Shown: piece by piece, positions 1 through 9,296 of the stretch
How positions within the stretch are numbered: the first letter of the stretch is position 1
Layout: the number at the start of each line of letters is the position of its first letter
DNA from: Candidatus Dormiibacterota bacterium
GTDB lineage: Bacteria > Chloroflexota > Dormibacteria > Aeolococcales > Aeolococcaceae
Direction of reading: 5' to 3'
NCBI GenBank assembly: GCA_963751755.1
Contig: CAVVVH010000004.1
Location: 5,822 to 69,821, forward strand
DNA: 64,000 nucleotides
Made by a program: the position numbers and the translations under genes
The notes under the pieces: generated by a model
Told to the model about the DNA's origin: nothing
The model's input: only the letters and a program-made list of their open reading frames with translations
The model's database searches: none

Positions 1-142
1 AGGCGCCGCTGCCGGGATGTTCGACCTTGACAACGTCAGCGCCCATGTCAGCCAGGTACTGGCACGCCGCAGGCCCCAAGAGGAACTGAGAGAAGGCAAC
101 GACGCGCACGCCGTCGAGGAGCCTGAGGGTTGGAGCGGGCAT
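1..142 (-). CDS. CoA-transferase family III (CaiB/BaiF-like), N-terminal fragment running off the window
   Basis: The minus-strand ATG at 142 overlaps the upstream stop (ATGA). Hand translation MPAPTLRLLDGVRVVAFSQFLLGPAACQYLADMGADVVKVEHPGSG fits the family III N-terminus. It is too short and truncated to appear in the ORF track. Confidence 0.55.
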   Translation of the reverse strand, partial: MPAPTLRLLDGVRVVAFSQFLLGPAACQYLADMGADVVKVEHPGSGA

Positions 143-588
143 CAGTCGATGAGCTGCATGATGTGGGTGGCGACGGCGACCGTCTCGCCGCGCTGATTGG
201 TGACCTCGATGGCGCCGATGGTGCGCTCCTTCTCGGCGACCACGCCGGTGATCTCGTAGGTGATCGTGAGGGTGTCGCCGAAGAACACTGGCTTGATGAA
301 TCGGATGCGGTCGTAGCCCATGGACACCATCGGGCGCGCGAAGTCCTCGAGGATCCGCGTGGACGCCGCCGACATGTAGCCGACCACGAGCGCACCGTGG
401 GCGACCCGGTGCCCGAGGTTGGTCTTCTTGCAGTACTCCTCGTCCACGTGGTTGGGATCGAGGTCTCCGGTGATGCCGGCGAACAGGTACACGTCCGACT
501 CGCTGACGGTCTTGCTGACCACCGTTCGGATCCCAATGGGCACATCCGCGATGCCGACGCGCGCGGCTTCCTCGCCTGCTCCGCTCAC
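142..588 (-). CDS. MaoC-like (R)-specific enoyl-CoA hydratase / hotdog dehydratase
   Basis: C-terminal part of ORF 142..837. SESDVYLFAGITGDLDPNHVDEEYCKKTNLGHRVAHGAL is the MaoC hydratase motif region. The GTG start at 588 overlaps the SDR stop (GTGA); GTG at 591 or 594 are alternatives. Confidence 0.8.
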   Translation of the reverse strand: MSGAGEEAARVGIADVPIGIRTVVSKTVSESDVYLFAGITGDLDPNHVDEEYCKKTNLGHRVAHGALVVGYMSAASTRILEDFARPMVSMGYDRIRFIKPVFFGDTLTITYEITGVVAEKERTIGAIEVTNQRGETVAVATHIMQLID

Positions 589-1340
589 CACCACGCGCTT
601 CCTGCGGTGATGCCGCCGTCGACGAAAACCGTCTGCCCGGTGATGAACCTGGCGTCGTCGGAGGCAAGAAAGGTGACCACGTCGGCCACGTCCTCGGGCG
701 TCCCCAGCCGGCGCAGTGGCGTGTTCTCCACGGTGGCCGCGGCCCGCTCGGGGAACTCGTCCATGTACGTCTGGGTGAGAGGCGTCCGGATGATCCCCGG
801 TCCCACCGCGTTGACGGTGACACCGAGCGGCCCCCACTCGATTGCCAGCGATCGGACCAGGCCGCTCAACCCCGCCTTGGTTGCTGTGTACGCGGCGCGC
901 ACGTCCATCCCGTGGATGGCCACCGCCGAGCTGGTCACCACGACGCGGCTGTGAGGGCGGCCGAACAGCGCGGCACCGAACACCTGGCAGGTCACGAAGA
1001 CACCGTACAGGTTGGTGTCGATCATTTCGCGCAGTTGCGCGTCACCCAGGTCGAGGGCCTTGCTGCGGGTGTTGAGGCCGGCGTTGGGCACGAGGATGTC
1101 GAGCTCGCCCACGCGGTCGCGGATCGCCTCGAGTGCGCCGCGATCACGAACGTCGGCGAGCTGCGCGGAGAAGCCCTCGTCGGCGGAGAACTCCGAGCGC
1201 ACCGCCGCGAGCTGGTCCTCGGCGTTGCTCACCGCGATGACGCTCGCCCCCCGAGCGCGGAGGGCCCGGGTGATCGCCAGGCCGATGCCCCGTGTGCCTC
1301 CGGTGACCAGCGCCCTTCTCCCTGCGAGATCGAGGCTCAT
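585..1340 (-). CDS. Short-chain dehydrogenase/reductase (SDR, FabG-like)
   Basis: ORF 585..1340. It has TGGTRGIGLA Rossmann motif and YTATKAGL (YxxxK) catalytic motif. Confidence 0.9.
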   Translation of the reverse strand: MSLDLAGRRALVTGGTRGIGLAITRALRARGASVIAVSNAEDQLAAVRSEFSADEGFSAQLADVRDRGALEAIRDRVGELDILVPNAGLNTRSKALDLGDAQLREMIDTNLYGVFVTCQVFGAALFGRPHSRVVVTSSAVAIHGMDVRAAYTATKAGLSGLVRSLAIEWGPLGVTVNAVGPGIIRTPLTQTYMDEFPERAAATVENTPLRRLGTPEDVADVVTFLASDDARFITGQTVFVDGGITAGSAWW

Positions 1341-2353
1341 GCGGCAGGCGCCGGGCGCGGCTCGACCTTCTTGAAAGGTTCGAGGATGTGCTTGGCGAAG
1401 AGCTCGAGCTGGCTGATCTCGGATGTCATGGTGTGGAGGAAGATGTGCTCGACGCCGGCGTCGATGCGCGCCTGGATGCGCTGCTGGATCTCATCGATGG
1501 TGCCCGTCAGGTATACGGTCTCGATGTAGTCCCAGGGTCGCTCGTCGGAGACCACGCCGAGCAGGTAGCGCTTCTGCTCTTCGATCACCGCGTCGCGATC
1601 GGTCTTCTCGGTGAGCCAGCAGAAGTTCTCGTGCGCGATGGCGAATCCGGTCTGAGCGCGGGCGCGACCACGACGGATGAGCTCGGCGTCGATCACCTCG
1701 AGGTCCTCGACGATCTGCCGGGGCTCGGCTGTGGGGCGCGCGATCCAGCCGTCCCAGCGGCAGATGCGATCGAGCACCTTCGGCGCCATGGCGGCCTGGT
1801 CCGGCGAGGCCTCGTGCGCGAGCTGCTGGCCACCCGCCGCCCACACCGGGGGGACGTGGCTGAGCGGCTCGACGGTGATGTCGTTGAGGTGGTAGTGCTT
1901 GCCCTCGAAGGTGACGTGCGGGCCCTTGAGCAGCTGCATCGAGGCCTCGAGCACCTCGTCGGTGCGCGCGCCACGTTGCTGACGTGTGCCTCCCGTCGAC
2001 TCGAACTCCGGCGGGTACCACCCGGTCCCGATGCCGTAGATGAATCGACCGTCGCTCAGGTCCTGCAGGGTGGCGATCTCCTTGGCCAGGACCACCGGCG
2101 ACCGTGTGGGGAGCACCAGCACGGAGGTGCCCAGCATCACTCGCTCCGTGACCGCGGCGACGTGCGCGAGGGTGATCATCGGCTCGGTCCAGCTCACCCG
2201 GTAGAAGCGCGTCGCGGTGAGCAGGTGGTCGGTGATGAAGAGCGAGTCGAAACCCAGCTCCTCGGCCCGGCTCGCGAACCGCCGGATCTGGACGCCGTGC
2301 GACTCGGTCTGACCGGGGAGCAGGTAGGACGGGACGAAGACGCCGATCTTCAT
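1337..2353 (-). CDS. LLM-class (luciferase-like) flavin/F420-dependent oxidoreductase
   Basis: ORF 1337..2353. It has MKIGVFVP...GFDSLFITDHLL and GIGTGWY motifs typical of luciferase-like monooxygenases. It is a paralog of 8226..9296. Confidence 0.85.
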   Translation of the reverse strand: MKIGVFVPSYLLPGQTESHGVQIRRFASRAEELGFDSLFITDHLLTATRFYRVSWTEPMITLAHVAAVTERVMLGTSVLVLPTRSPVVLAKEIATLQDLSDGRFIYGIGTGWYPPEFESTGGTRQQRGARTDEVLEASMQLLKGPHVTFEGKHYHLNDITVEPLSHVPPVWAAGGQQLAHEASPDQAAMAPKVLDRICRWDGWIARPTAEPRQIVEDLEVIDAELIRRGRARAQTGFAIAHENFCWLTEKTDRDAVIEEQKRYLLGVVSDERPWDYIETVYLTGTIDEIQQRIQARIDAGVEHIFLHTMTSEISQLELFAKHILEPFKKVEPRPAPAA

Positions 2354-3301
2354 CGCGCTGCCTCCACCAGCGTCCCCGCTTGCTCGAGCTCACCGGCGAA
2401 CTCCATAGCAGCGCGGATGCGCTTGCGCTCGGCGTCGGAGATGGGTAGCAGCGGCTCGCGTACGGTCTCGCGGTCGAGAAGGCCCTGCATCACCAGCGCG
2501 GCCTTGGTACGCGCACGGTAGTTGCGCACCGGCGCGGAAAAGATCTCGTTCACCAGCGGGGTGAGCCTGCGGGCGATCTCCCTCGCCTGCTCGATGGCGG
2601 CCTGCGAGCGCGTGCTCGATGAGCTCGACCTGCTGTCGCGTGGCCACAGCGCCGAATCCGATCAGCGCGCCCTCGGCGCCGAGCAGGAACGACTCGTAGA
2701 TGAAGTTGTCGTTACCCGTGAGCACAACGCACTCCGGCCGCACCGCCTTCACAGCGTCCCGTGTACGGACGAAGAGCTGGGGGTCGAACGAGGCCTCCTT
2801 GATGGCCGCGACCTCGGTGACCATGCACAGCTTGGCGAGAAGGTCGGGGAGGAAGTTGACGCCGCCGAGCGCCGGCTGCAGGACGAAGAGTACGAGTGGC
2901 AGTCCGGCGGCGTCACCGATCGCGGCGTGGTAGCGCACCGCCACCTCGGGGTCGAGCGGGGCACCCTGGTACGCCGAGATCGGGAAGACGAGGAGCCCGG
3001 ATGCGCCCGCGCGTTGGAAGTCGCGAGCGAGCCCGGCTGCCTGGGAGGTGTACTGCGCGCCGAGCCCCGCGATGACCGGCACCCGGTCGCCGACCTCGTC
3101 AAGGACGATCTCGAGCACGCGGCGACGCTCGTCCGCCCAGAGGTGCGGTCCCTCGCCGGTGTCGACGTTGATCGCCAGGGCCTTCGGCCGGGCGGCGGCG
3201 ACGTGGCGGATGTACCGCCGCAGCCCCGCTTCGTCGATCTGCGCGTCAACTGTCATGGGAAGGACCGTGGCCGGTATCAACCCCCCGAGGTCAAGGTTCA
3301 T
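2350..3301 (-). pseudogene. DapA/DHDPS-family lyase (aldolase-type), one frame change near 2590
   Basis: The N-terminal 235 aa (MNLDLGGLIPATVLPM...) are in the ORF 2390..3340 frame. The C-terminus (NEIFSAPVRNYRARTKAALVMQG...) is in the ORF 2350..2553 frame. Alignment by eye to the intact paralog 9293..10228 implies one extra base in ggccgcc. Confidence 0.8.
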
Positions 3302-3367
3302 CGAATCTCCCGCACGTGGATGGTGCGGGCCGGGAGACACGCTCCCGGCCCGCGCTGGGTGGTCTGG

Positions 3368-4651
3368 TTACTTGGTCACTGCCGCGAGGTCGGCGGCGCT
3401 GAACGTCTGAACGATCTGCGAGTTGCCCTGCAGGTCGACCTGGACAGCGTCGAAGGGTCCGAAGACGTTGTGGTACTGGTTGTAGTCCATGGGTCCACTC
3501 GCCCCGTCGTAGTTGATCTTGGTGCCGGCCTTCAGCGCAGCCACGGCCGTCGCCCAGTCGGAGACCTTCTGGCCGGGTGGGTTGGAGACCTTGGGAATGT
3601 TGTCGACCATCGCCTGCGCGTCGGTGCTGCCCGCGGCTTCGATTGCAAGGGCGAGGACCATGACCGCGTCGTAGGCGTAGTTGGCGTTGGCCAGGGGCTG
3701 GTGGTTGTAGAGCTTCGCGTACCAGGTGTTGAAGACCGAGCCGCCACCGCCGGGCTCCGAGCCGCCGATGAGCGAGACGAGGTGGTCGTGCGCGACCTGG
3801 GTGCCCACGGCCTTGACCCAGTCACTGCCCGTGGTGGAGTCCGTGCCCACGAAGGGGATGGCGAAGTTGTTCGCCTCGTGGAAGTTGGAGAACAGAGTCC
3901 CGGCTGTTGCAGGGTCGGCGGTGGTGAAGATGACATCGGGATGCGAATCGATGACGCGAGACACCTCCGAGCGGTACGAGGACTGCCCGATGGTGACGTC
4001 GACCGTTGTGGTCACGGTGCCACCGAGGCTCTCGTAGATGTGCTGCAGCACAGGCTTCAGCGTCTGTGCGGACGCCTCGGTCGAGAACATGATCGCCGCG
4101 TGCTTGTAGCCCTTCTTGATGGCGTACAGCGCCATGGCCACGCCTTCCTGCGAGTCCGACGCGCTGGCGCGCCACACCCACTTGTCGGTGAGCTTGTCGA
4201 AGTCAGTCGAGCCACCCTGGAACATGTCCGGAATGTGATAGCGGTCGATGATCGGCTGCGTGGCGCCGATCTCAGGCGTCTGCGGACCGATGATGCCGAC
4301 CACGTGGTCCACGTTGATCAACTTCTGCAGCGCCGTCACCGCGTCGATGGGGTCGCTGAGCTCGTCGCCGTTGGAGATCTGGATCTTCTGGCCGAGGATG
4401 CCGCCGCTGTCGTTGATCTCCTTGATCGCGACCTGGCATCCCTCGTTGAAGGCCTGGCCGAACGTCGATTCACTGCCAGTGAAGCCGGCGAGGTCGCCGA
4501 GGACCACCGGACCGCTGAGCGTGCTGTTGGGGCCCCCTCCGGAGCCGCCGCCACTGCTGCCCGCGCCGCTCCCACATGCGGCGAGCAGCACCCCGCTGGT
4601 GCAGAGCGCCGCCGTGACGACCGCCCTCCGGCCGCGTCGTCTGGTGCTCAT
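3368..4651 (-). CDS. ABC transporter substrate-binding lipoprotein, branched-chain amino acid (LivJ/Peripla_BP_6) type
   Basis: ORF 3368..4651. It has a signal peptide plus lipobox (LLAACGSG) and the size and composition of the type I periplasmic binding fold. It lies at the end of a livHMGF-like operon. Confidence 0.85.
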   Translation of the reverse strand: MSTRRRGRRAVVTAALCTSGVLLAACGSGAGSSGGGSGGGPNSTLSGPVVLGDLAGFTGSESTFGQAFNEGCQVAIKEINDSGGILGQKIQISNGDELSDPIDAVTALQKLINVDHVVGIIGPQTPEIGATQPIIDRYHIPDMFQGGSTDFDKLTDKWVWRASASDSQEGVAMALYAIKKGYKHAAIMFSTEASAQTLKPVLQHIYESLGGTVTTTVDVTIGQSSYRSEVSRVIDSHPDVIFTTADPATAGTLFSNFHEANNFAIPFVGTDSTTGSDWVKAVGTQVAHDHLVSLIGGSEPGGGGSVFNTWYAKLYNHQPLANANYAYDAVMVLALAIEAAGSTDAQAMVDNIPKVSNPPGQKVSDWATAVAALKAGTKINYDGASGPMDYNQYHNVFGPFDAVQVDLQGNSQIVQTFSAADLAAVTK

Positions 4652-5520
4652 GGTCCGACCTCCTTGCGAGTCTCATTTGTCGTCACTGCCGTCTCCCCTG
4701 TGTTGTGGTCGCCGCTGAGGCCAACCGGCGCAGCAGCGCCGCCGCCGTACGTGGTTGTGCTTTGCCCGATGTACAGCTCGCCGATCTCGGGGTTGTCGAG
4801 GATCTCCCGTCCGGGACCGTCGAGCCGGTTCTCGCCGTTGACGAGGACGTAGCCCCAGTCGGCCTCGGCCAGTGCACGCCGGGTGTTCTGCTCGACGAGC
4901 ACGACGGCGACGCCGGTCTGACGGATGGCGCGGACGTGGTCCCACACCACCTGTTCGTATCGAGGCGACAAACCGGCGGTCGGTTCGTCGACGAGCAGGA
5001 CGGTGGGATCCGCCATCAGGGCACGCGCCAACGCCAGCATGTTGCGCTGTCCTCCGCTCAGGGTCCGCGCCGGGCGACGCAATGCAGCGCGCAGGTCTGG
5101 AAAGAGCTCGCACAGCGCCTCCGCGCGCTCGTGCACGCCGCGGCGTCGCACGATGCCCCCCATCTCCAGGTTCTCCATGACAGTGAGCGATGGGAAGACG
5201 TTGGCCACCTGTGGCACGTAGGCGAGACCCAGTTTCACGAGGCGGTCGGGGGCCATCCGCGCCACGTCCTCGCCGTTGAGGACCACGCGGCCCTCGGTGG
5301 GCCGCAGGACGCCCGCGATGGCCTTGAGGAGCGTGGACTTGCCCGCGCCGTTGGGCCCCACCAAGACGGTGATCTCCGCCGCCCGGGCGCGCAGTGTCGC
5401 CTTCTTGACGACGGGTACCGGGCCGTACCCGGCCGTGATCGCCTCGACGGAGATGGCCACCGCGGGCTCGGCGGGGGCGGTGGCAGCCTCAGACAACGGT
5501 GGCCACCCCCAGGTACGCAT
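4648..5520 (-). CDS. ABC transporter ATP-binding protein, LivF-like
   Basis: ORF 4648..5520. It has Walker A GPNGAGKST, signature LSGGQRNML and Walker B LLVDEP. A TTG at 5496 is an alternative start. Confidence 0.85.
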   Translation of the reverse strand: MRTWGWPPLSEAATAPAEPAVAISVEAITAGYGPVPVVKKATLRARAAEITVLVGPNGAGKSTLLKAIAGVLRPTEGRVVLNGEDVARMAPDRLVKLGLAYVPQVANVFPSLTVMENLEMGGIVRRRGVHERAEALCELFPDLRAALRRPARTLSGGQRNMLALARALMADPTVLLVDEPTAGLSPRYEQVVWDHVRAIRQTGVAVVLVEQNTRRALAEADWGYVLVNGENRLDGPGREILDNPEIGELYIGQSTTTYGGGAAAPVGLSGDHNTGETAVTTNETRKEVGP

Positions 5521-6265
5521 CGACCACGGCGGGGTCCTTGCGGAGATCCTCCATGCGGCCGGTGGCGATCGCTGTACCCAGCGCCATCACCACCGCCGAG
5601 TCGCAGACAGCCTCGACGAAGCCGAGGTTGTGTTCGATGATGAGGAGCGTGATCCCCGACGAGCGCAGGTAGGCGACGGCGTGGTCGATGCGCTCGACGA
5701 GCACCGGGTTGACGCCGGCGAGTGGCTCGTCGAGAAGCGCCATCCGCGGCCGGGCCATCATGATTCGCGCGAACTCCAGCAGGCGCTTCTGGCCACCGCT
5801 CAACTCGCCCGCGCGATGGTCGCGGAGGCCGAGAAGGCCGATCTCGCCGAGGACTCCTCGAGCGGTCTGGCGATCCTCGCGGTCGGCGCGTCCGATGGCG
5901 CGTGGGGTGAACAGCGAACGCCACACTGAGTCGCGGCCACGCGAGGGCGCCGCCACCAGCATGTTCTCCATGACAGTGAGCGACCCCCACTCGCGGGTGG
6001 TCTGGAACGTGCGGATCATGCCCCGCGCCGAGATCTGATCCGGTGAGCGACCCACCATCTCCTCCCCGGCGAAGCGGACGCTGCCCCGATCCGGCTTATG
6101 GAACCCCGAGATGAGGTTTACCGTGGTGCTCTTGCCCGCACCGTTGGAACCGATGAGCCCGGTGATCGAGCCCTCGGGCACGGTGAACGAGCAGTCGCGC
6201 ACGGCCTCGACCCCGCCGAAGCTCTTGCTCAGGCCGGACACCTCGAGGAGGACGGTGCCGCTCAC
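5489..6265 (-). CDS. ABC transporter ATP-binding protein, LivG-like
   Basis: C-terminal 259 aa of ORF 5489..7303 (VSGTVLLEVSGLSKSFGGVEAV..GSNGAGKST..LSGGQKRLLE). The GTG at 6265 overlaps the permease stop (GTGA). Confidence 0.85.
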   Translation of the reverse strand: MSGTVLLEVSGLSKSFGGVEAVRDCSFTVPEGSITGLIGSNGAGKSTTVNLISGFHKPDRGSVRFAGEEMVGRSPDQISARGMIRTFQTTREWGSLTVMENMLVAAPSRGRDSVWRSLFTPRAIGRADREDRQTARGVLGEIGLLGLRDHRAGELSGGQKRLLEFARIMMARPRMALLDEPLAGVNPVLVERIDHAVAYLRSSGITLLIIEHNLGFVEAVCDSAVVMALGTAIATGRMEDLRKDPAVVDAYLGVATVV

Positions 6266-7269
6266 GTGGTCTGAGCGACCGCCGGGGCCGCGGGCAATTG
6301 CGCATCGGTCCCGGCCTTGCCGTCGCGCTTGGCGTCTCGGTCGCGTGGCTCGGGCAGGATGCCCTGGGGGCGGTAGCGCAGGACGAGGATGATGATCAAG
6401 CCGGCCACCACGCCGCGCAGGGCTTCGTTGGCATCCGGGTTGCCGGGGATCGGCGGAATGTAGCGGGTGACCTCGGAAATGATCCCCACGAAGATGAGCG
6501 TGCCGAGAATCGACCCAAGGTTGTTCCCGGTGCCGCCGAGGAAGATGGCCGTGTACAGCACGAAGGTCTCGCCCGGGGTCCAGCCCGCGGGGTTGAACGC
6601 GCCCACGAAATGGGACAGCAGGGCACCGCCGAAGCCGGCGATCAGCGCGCCGAACACGAAGGCACGCAGCTTGAACCAGAACACCGGCCGGGCGAACGCC
6701 TGGGCGGCGAGTTCGTCGTCGCGGATGGCGCGCATGGTGCGGCCGAAGGGGCTGCCGAACATGTGGCGCACGAGCAGGTACACGCCGAGCAGCGCGACGG
6801 CGCACATGCCCAGGTAGAAGTACGTGTACTCCTGCGGGCTGAGCGGCAGCAGGTCGGCGAAGGGCTGCGGGATCCCGAAGAGCCCGACCTGGCCGCCGAA
6901 GATGCCGCGGTTCTGCGCCACCACCTGGTAGATCACCAGCCCGATCGACAGAGTGACGATGGCGAAGTAGTCCGAACGCAGGCGGCGCAGCGCGATCGCA
7001 CCGACGATGGCGCCCATGATGCCGGCCGCCAGCGTGCCGGCCAGGAGCGCCACCGGGAACGGCGTCGACAGCTGGATGATGTAGGTCTGCTGGTGCGCGT
7101 ACAGCGGTGGCCCGATGTCGAATCCGGCCGACACGTACGCGCCCACGGCGGCGAAGGTGATGTAGGTCAGGTTGAGCATTCCCGACCATCCCCACTGGAT
7201 GTTGAGCCCGAGCGCGAGGATGGCGAAGATCGCCACAAGGGTCAGCGCGGAGACGACGTAGTCGATCAA
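6262..7269 (-). CDS. Branched-chain amino acid ABC permease, LivM-like
   Basis: Hydrophobic part of ORF 6262..7569, beginning LIDYVVSALTLVAIFAILALGLN. The TTG at 7269 overlaps the LivH-like stop (TTGA). Confidence 0.8.
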   Translation of the reverse strand: MIDYVVSALTLVAIFAILALGLNIQWGWSGMLNLTYITFAAVGAYVSAGFDIGPPLYAHQQTYIIQLSTPFPVALLAGTLAAGIMGAIVGAIALRRLRSDYFAIVTLSIGLVIYQVVAQNRGIFGGQVGLFGIPQPFADLLPLSPQEYTYFYLGMCAVALLGVYLLVRHMFGSPFGRTMRAIRDDELAAQAFARPVFWFKLRAFVFGALIAGFGGALLSHFVGAFNPAGWTPGETFVLYTAIFLGGTGNNLGSILGTLIFVGIISEVTRYIPPIPGNPDANEALRGVVAGLIIILVLRYRPQGILPEPRDRDAKRDGKAGTDAQLPAAPAVAQTT

Positions 7270-8144
7270 ATCGCCGTCCTGCCTCGAGCGTCGAACAGCC
7301 CACCGGGCTTGATCAGCAGGACCAGAACCAGGATGCCGACGGCGATCACCTGCTTGTAGCTGGAGGCCAGGTACGCGCCACCCACTTCGGTGACCAGGCC
7401 GAGAATGAGAGCACCGACCATCGCGCCGTACGGGCGGCCGAGCCCGCCGGCCACCGCCGCAGCGAAGGTGACCAGCAAGAACGTGTAGCCGGTGAGCGGC
7501 GTGAACGTGCCCCCCTGGAATGCGATGACCGCGCCGGCGACGCCGGCGATGGCCCCTGCCATCAACCACGTCAGGGCCACCACCCGGGGCATGTTGATTC
7601 CGGTGACGCTGGCCAGTTCACGGCTGTCGGCGACGGCCCGCTGCGACTTGCCGAATGTGGTGTAGCGAAGAATGACGTGCACCGCCACCATGATCGCCAC
7701 CGCCACCGCCATGACGATCATGTCTGCGGCAGTGAAGAGGAACGGACCCACCTGGCTCACCGTCTCGGAGGGCACCACCAGCGTGTGGGTGGTGCCGCCG
7801 AAGAAGATGATGATTGTGTTCTGGATCATCAGCGAGAGCGCGATGGTGATCACGAAGAGGACAGTCACCTTGGCGCCGCGCCGGTTGAACGGCTCGATGA
7901 TGGCCCGGTTGATCAACCAGGCCACGATGGCCACCACTGCGGCGCCGACGAGCACGTCGATGAAGACGTTGTTGGTGAGGTACTGGGCGACGAGTGCCCC
8001 ATACATGCCGAGGGTGAGGAATTCGCCGTGCGCGAAGTTGGGGATGTTGCTGACGCTGAACTGCAGCGACAGGGCGACCGCCGAGAGGGCGATGACCGCC
8101 GAGGTCACCAGCCCGAAGCCCACCGCATGCATGAAGGTGCTCAT
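7266..8144 (-). CDS. Branched-chain amino acid ABC permease, LivH-like
   Basis: ORF 7266..8144, a polytopic membrane protein (MSTFMHAVGFGLVTSAVIALSAVALSLQF...) and first gene of the operon. Confidence 0.85.
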   Translation of the reverse strand: MSTFMHAVGFGLVTSAVIALSAVALSLQFSVSNIPNFAHGEFLTLGMYGALVAQYLTNNVFIDVLVGAAVVAIVAWLINRAIIEPFNRRGAKVTVLFVITIALSLMIQNTIIIFFGGTTHTLVVPSETVSQVGPFLFTAADMIVMAVAVAIMVAVHVILRYTTFGKSQRAVADSRELASVTGINMPRVVALTWLMAGAIAGVAGAVIAFQGGTFTPLTGYTFLLVTFAAAVAGGLGRPYGAMVGALILGLVTEVGGAYLASSYKQVIAVGILVLVLLIKPGGLFDARGRTAI

Positions 8145-8225
8145 CCGCCGGTCGCTCTCCTCTGGTTCCGCTGCATCGAACGAGCACCCTGCACACCGCT
8201 CAGGCCGGACCGGTGGGGCGGTCCT

Positions 8226-9296
8226 TTAGGAAAAGCTTTTCCTTTTTGAGCGGCGCTTACAATGCATCGGGCCACGTACCCCTGTCAAGAGTTCGGTTCG
8301 TGAGGACGCGACGGCCGCGTTCACCGGAGCGGCGATCAGGTCCCTGATGAGCTCCACCTGGCGCGGGTCGTCGCTGGTGGGGCCGAGGACGACGTACTCG
8401 CAGCCGGCGTCCTGCAGGGCGCGCAGCCGCGCCACCTGCTGCGCAGGTGTCCCCATCAGGTAGCTGCGACGCAGCTGCTCGAAGGGACGGTGGTTGCCCA
8501 TGGTCTCCATGAAGGGTGGCTCCTGCTGGCGCAGCGCCTCGTCCTCGTCGTCTGTGGGGACGACGTGGATGAAGTTGCAGTGGCCAAAGGTGAAGCCGTC
8601 AAGGGTGCCGCGGCGGCGGCGCACCTCCGTGGAGATCTCCGCCCAGTCGGCGGTGATCATCTCCAGGTCGGCGGCGCTGCGCGACAGCCATCCGTCGGCT
8701 CCCGCGATCCGCTCCAGCACCTTCGGGGCCACCCCGCCCTGGTCGGGCGAGGCGACGTCGGCGACGCGCCCACCACCGGAGACCCAAACCGGGGGCATGG
8801 TGCTGGGACGCGGCTCGATGGTGACGTCCTTGAACCGGTAGAAGCGTCCTTCGAAGGTCACGTTGTCCTCGGTGAGGAGGCGACGCACCGCGGCGAGGAG
8901 CTCGTCCGTACGGGCGCCCCGCTCCTCGATGCGGCTCCCTGTGGCGTCGTACTCCGGTCCGTACCAGCCGGTGCCGACCCCGAAGATGTAGCGCCCTTCG
9001 GAGAGGTAGTCGAGCGTGCCGATCTCCTTGGCAAGGATCACCGGGTGCCGCACTGGCAGCACCAGGATGCCCGTGGCGAGCTTCACCCGCTTGGTCATCG
9101 CAGCTGCGTAGGTGAGCGCGTTGAGTGGCTCCAACCAGGTGACGCCGTACAGCCCGGGAGCGGTGAGCAGGTGGTCGATCACCCAGATGTCGAAGCCCGC
9201 GTCCTCGGCCGCGCTGATGCAGTCGCGCAGGCGGGCGCGATGATCCACCGACGAGTCCTTGTACACGTACGAGGGCAACCAGAGAGCGAACTTCAT
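8226..9296 (-). CDS. LLM-class flavin/F420-dependent oxidoreductase (paralog 2)
   Basis: ORF 8226..9296. MKFALWLPSY...GFDIWVIDHLL...GVGTGWY is colinear with 1337..2353. Confidence 0.85.
   Translation of the reverse strand: MKFALWLPSYVYKDSSVDHRARLRDCISAAEDAGFDIWVIDHLLTAPGLYGVTWLEPLNALTYAAAMTKRVKLATGILVLPVRHPVILAKEIGTLDYLSEGRYIFGVGTGWYGPEYDATGSRIEERGARTDELLAAVRRLLTEDNVTFEGRFYRFKDVTIEPRPSTMPPVWVSGGGRVADVASPDQGGVAPKVLERIAGADGWLSRSAADLEMITADWAEISTEVRRRRGTLDGFTFGHCNFIHVVPTDDEDEALRQQEPPFMETMGNHRPFEQLRRSYLMGTPAQQVARLRALQDAGCEYVVLGPTSDDPRQVELIRDLIAAPVNAAVASSRTELLTGVRGPMHCKRRSKRKSFS
8228..8243. promoter_or_regulatory. Perfect AT-rich 16-bp palindrome AGGAAAAGCTTTTCCT, candidate operator
   Basis: It lies 84 nt upstream of the livH-like start and overlaps the last codons and stop of the upstream LLM ORF. 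It is an isolated AT-rich dyad in a very GC-rich context. Confidence 0.3.

Noticed and set aside
2522-4852. Very long ORFs on the opposite strand of clear genes. Examples are 2522..4852 (+, 776 aa), 53501..55714 (-, 737 aa, antisense to gyrA), 13486..14796 (-) and 37095..39080 (+).
   Set aside because: Their translations are low-complexity and rich in Arg, Ala, Gly and Pro, with no motifs. They mirror well-supported genes. This is the expected stop-codon-poor shadow-ORF effect in very GC-rich DNA.
5489-7303. Apparent fusion proteins: the 604-aa ORF 5489..7303, and ORF 30636..31958, which joins the MFS C-terminus to the Ccr N-terminus.
   Set aside because: In the first case only the C-terminal 259 aa is the LivG-like ATPase, and the upstream part is out-of-frame read-through over the permease gene. 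In the second case the continuity comes from frame errors, because the MFS protein terminates in another frame at 31015 and ccr has its own GTG and RBS at 31056.
8228-8248. The AT-rich palindrome plus T-run might be an intrinsic terminator.
   Set aside because: The stem is only 6 A/U-rich base pairs. The T-run follows it on the plus strand, where no gene ends. On the minus strand, where the LLM gene ends, no U-tract follows.
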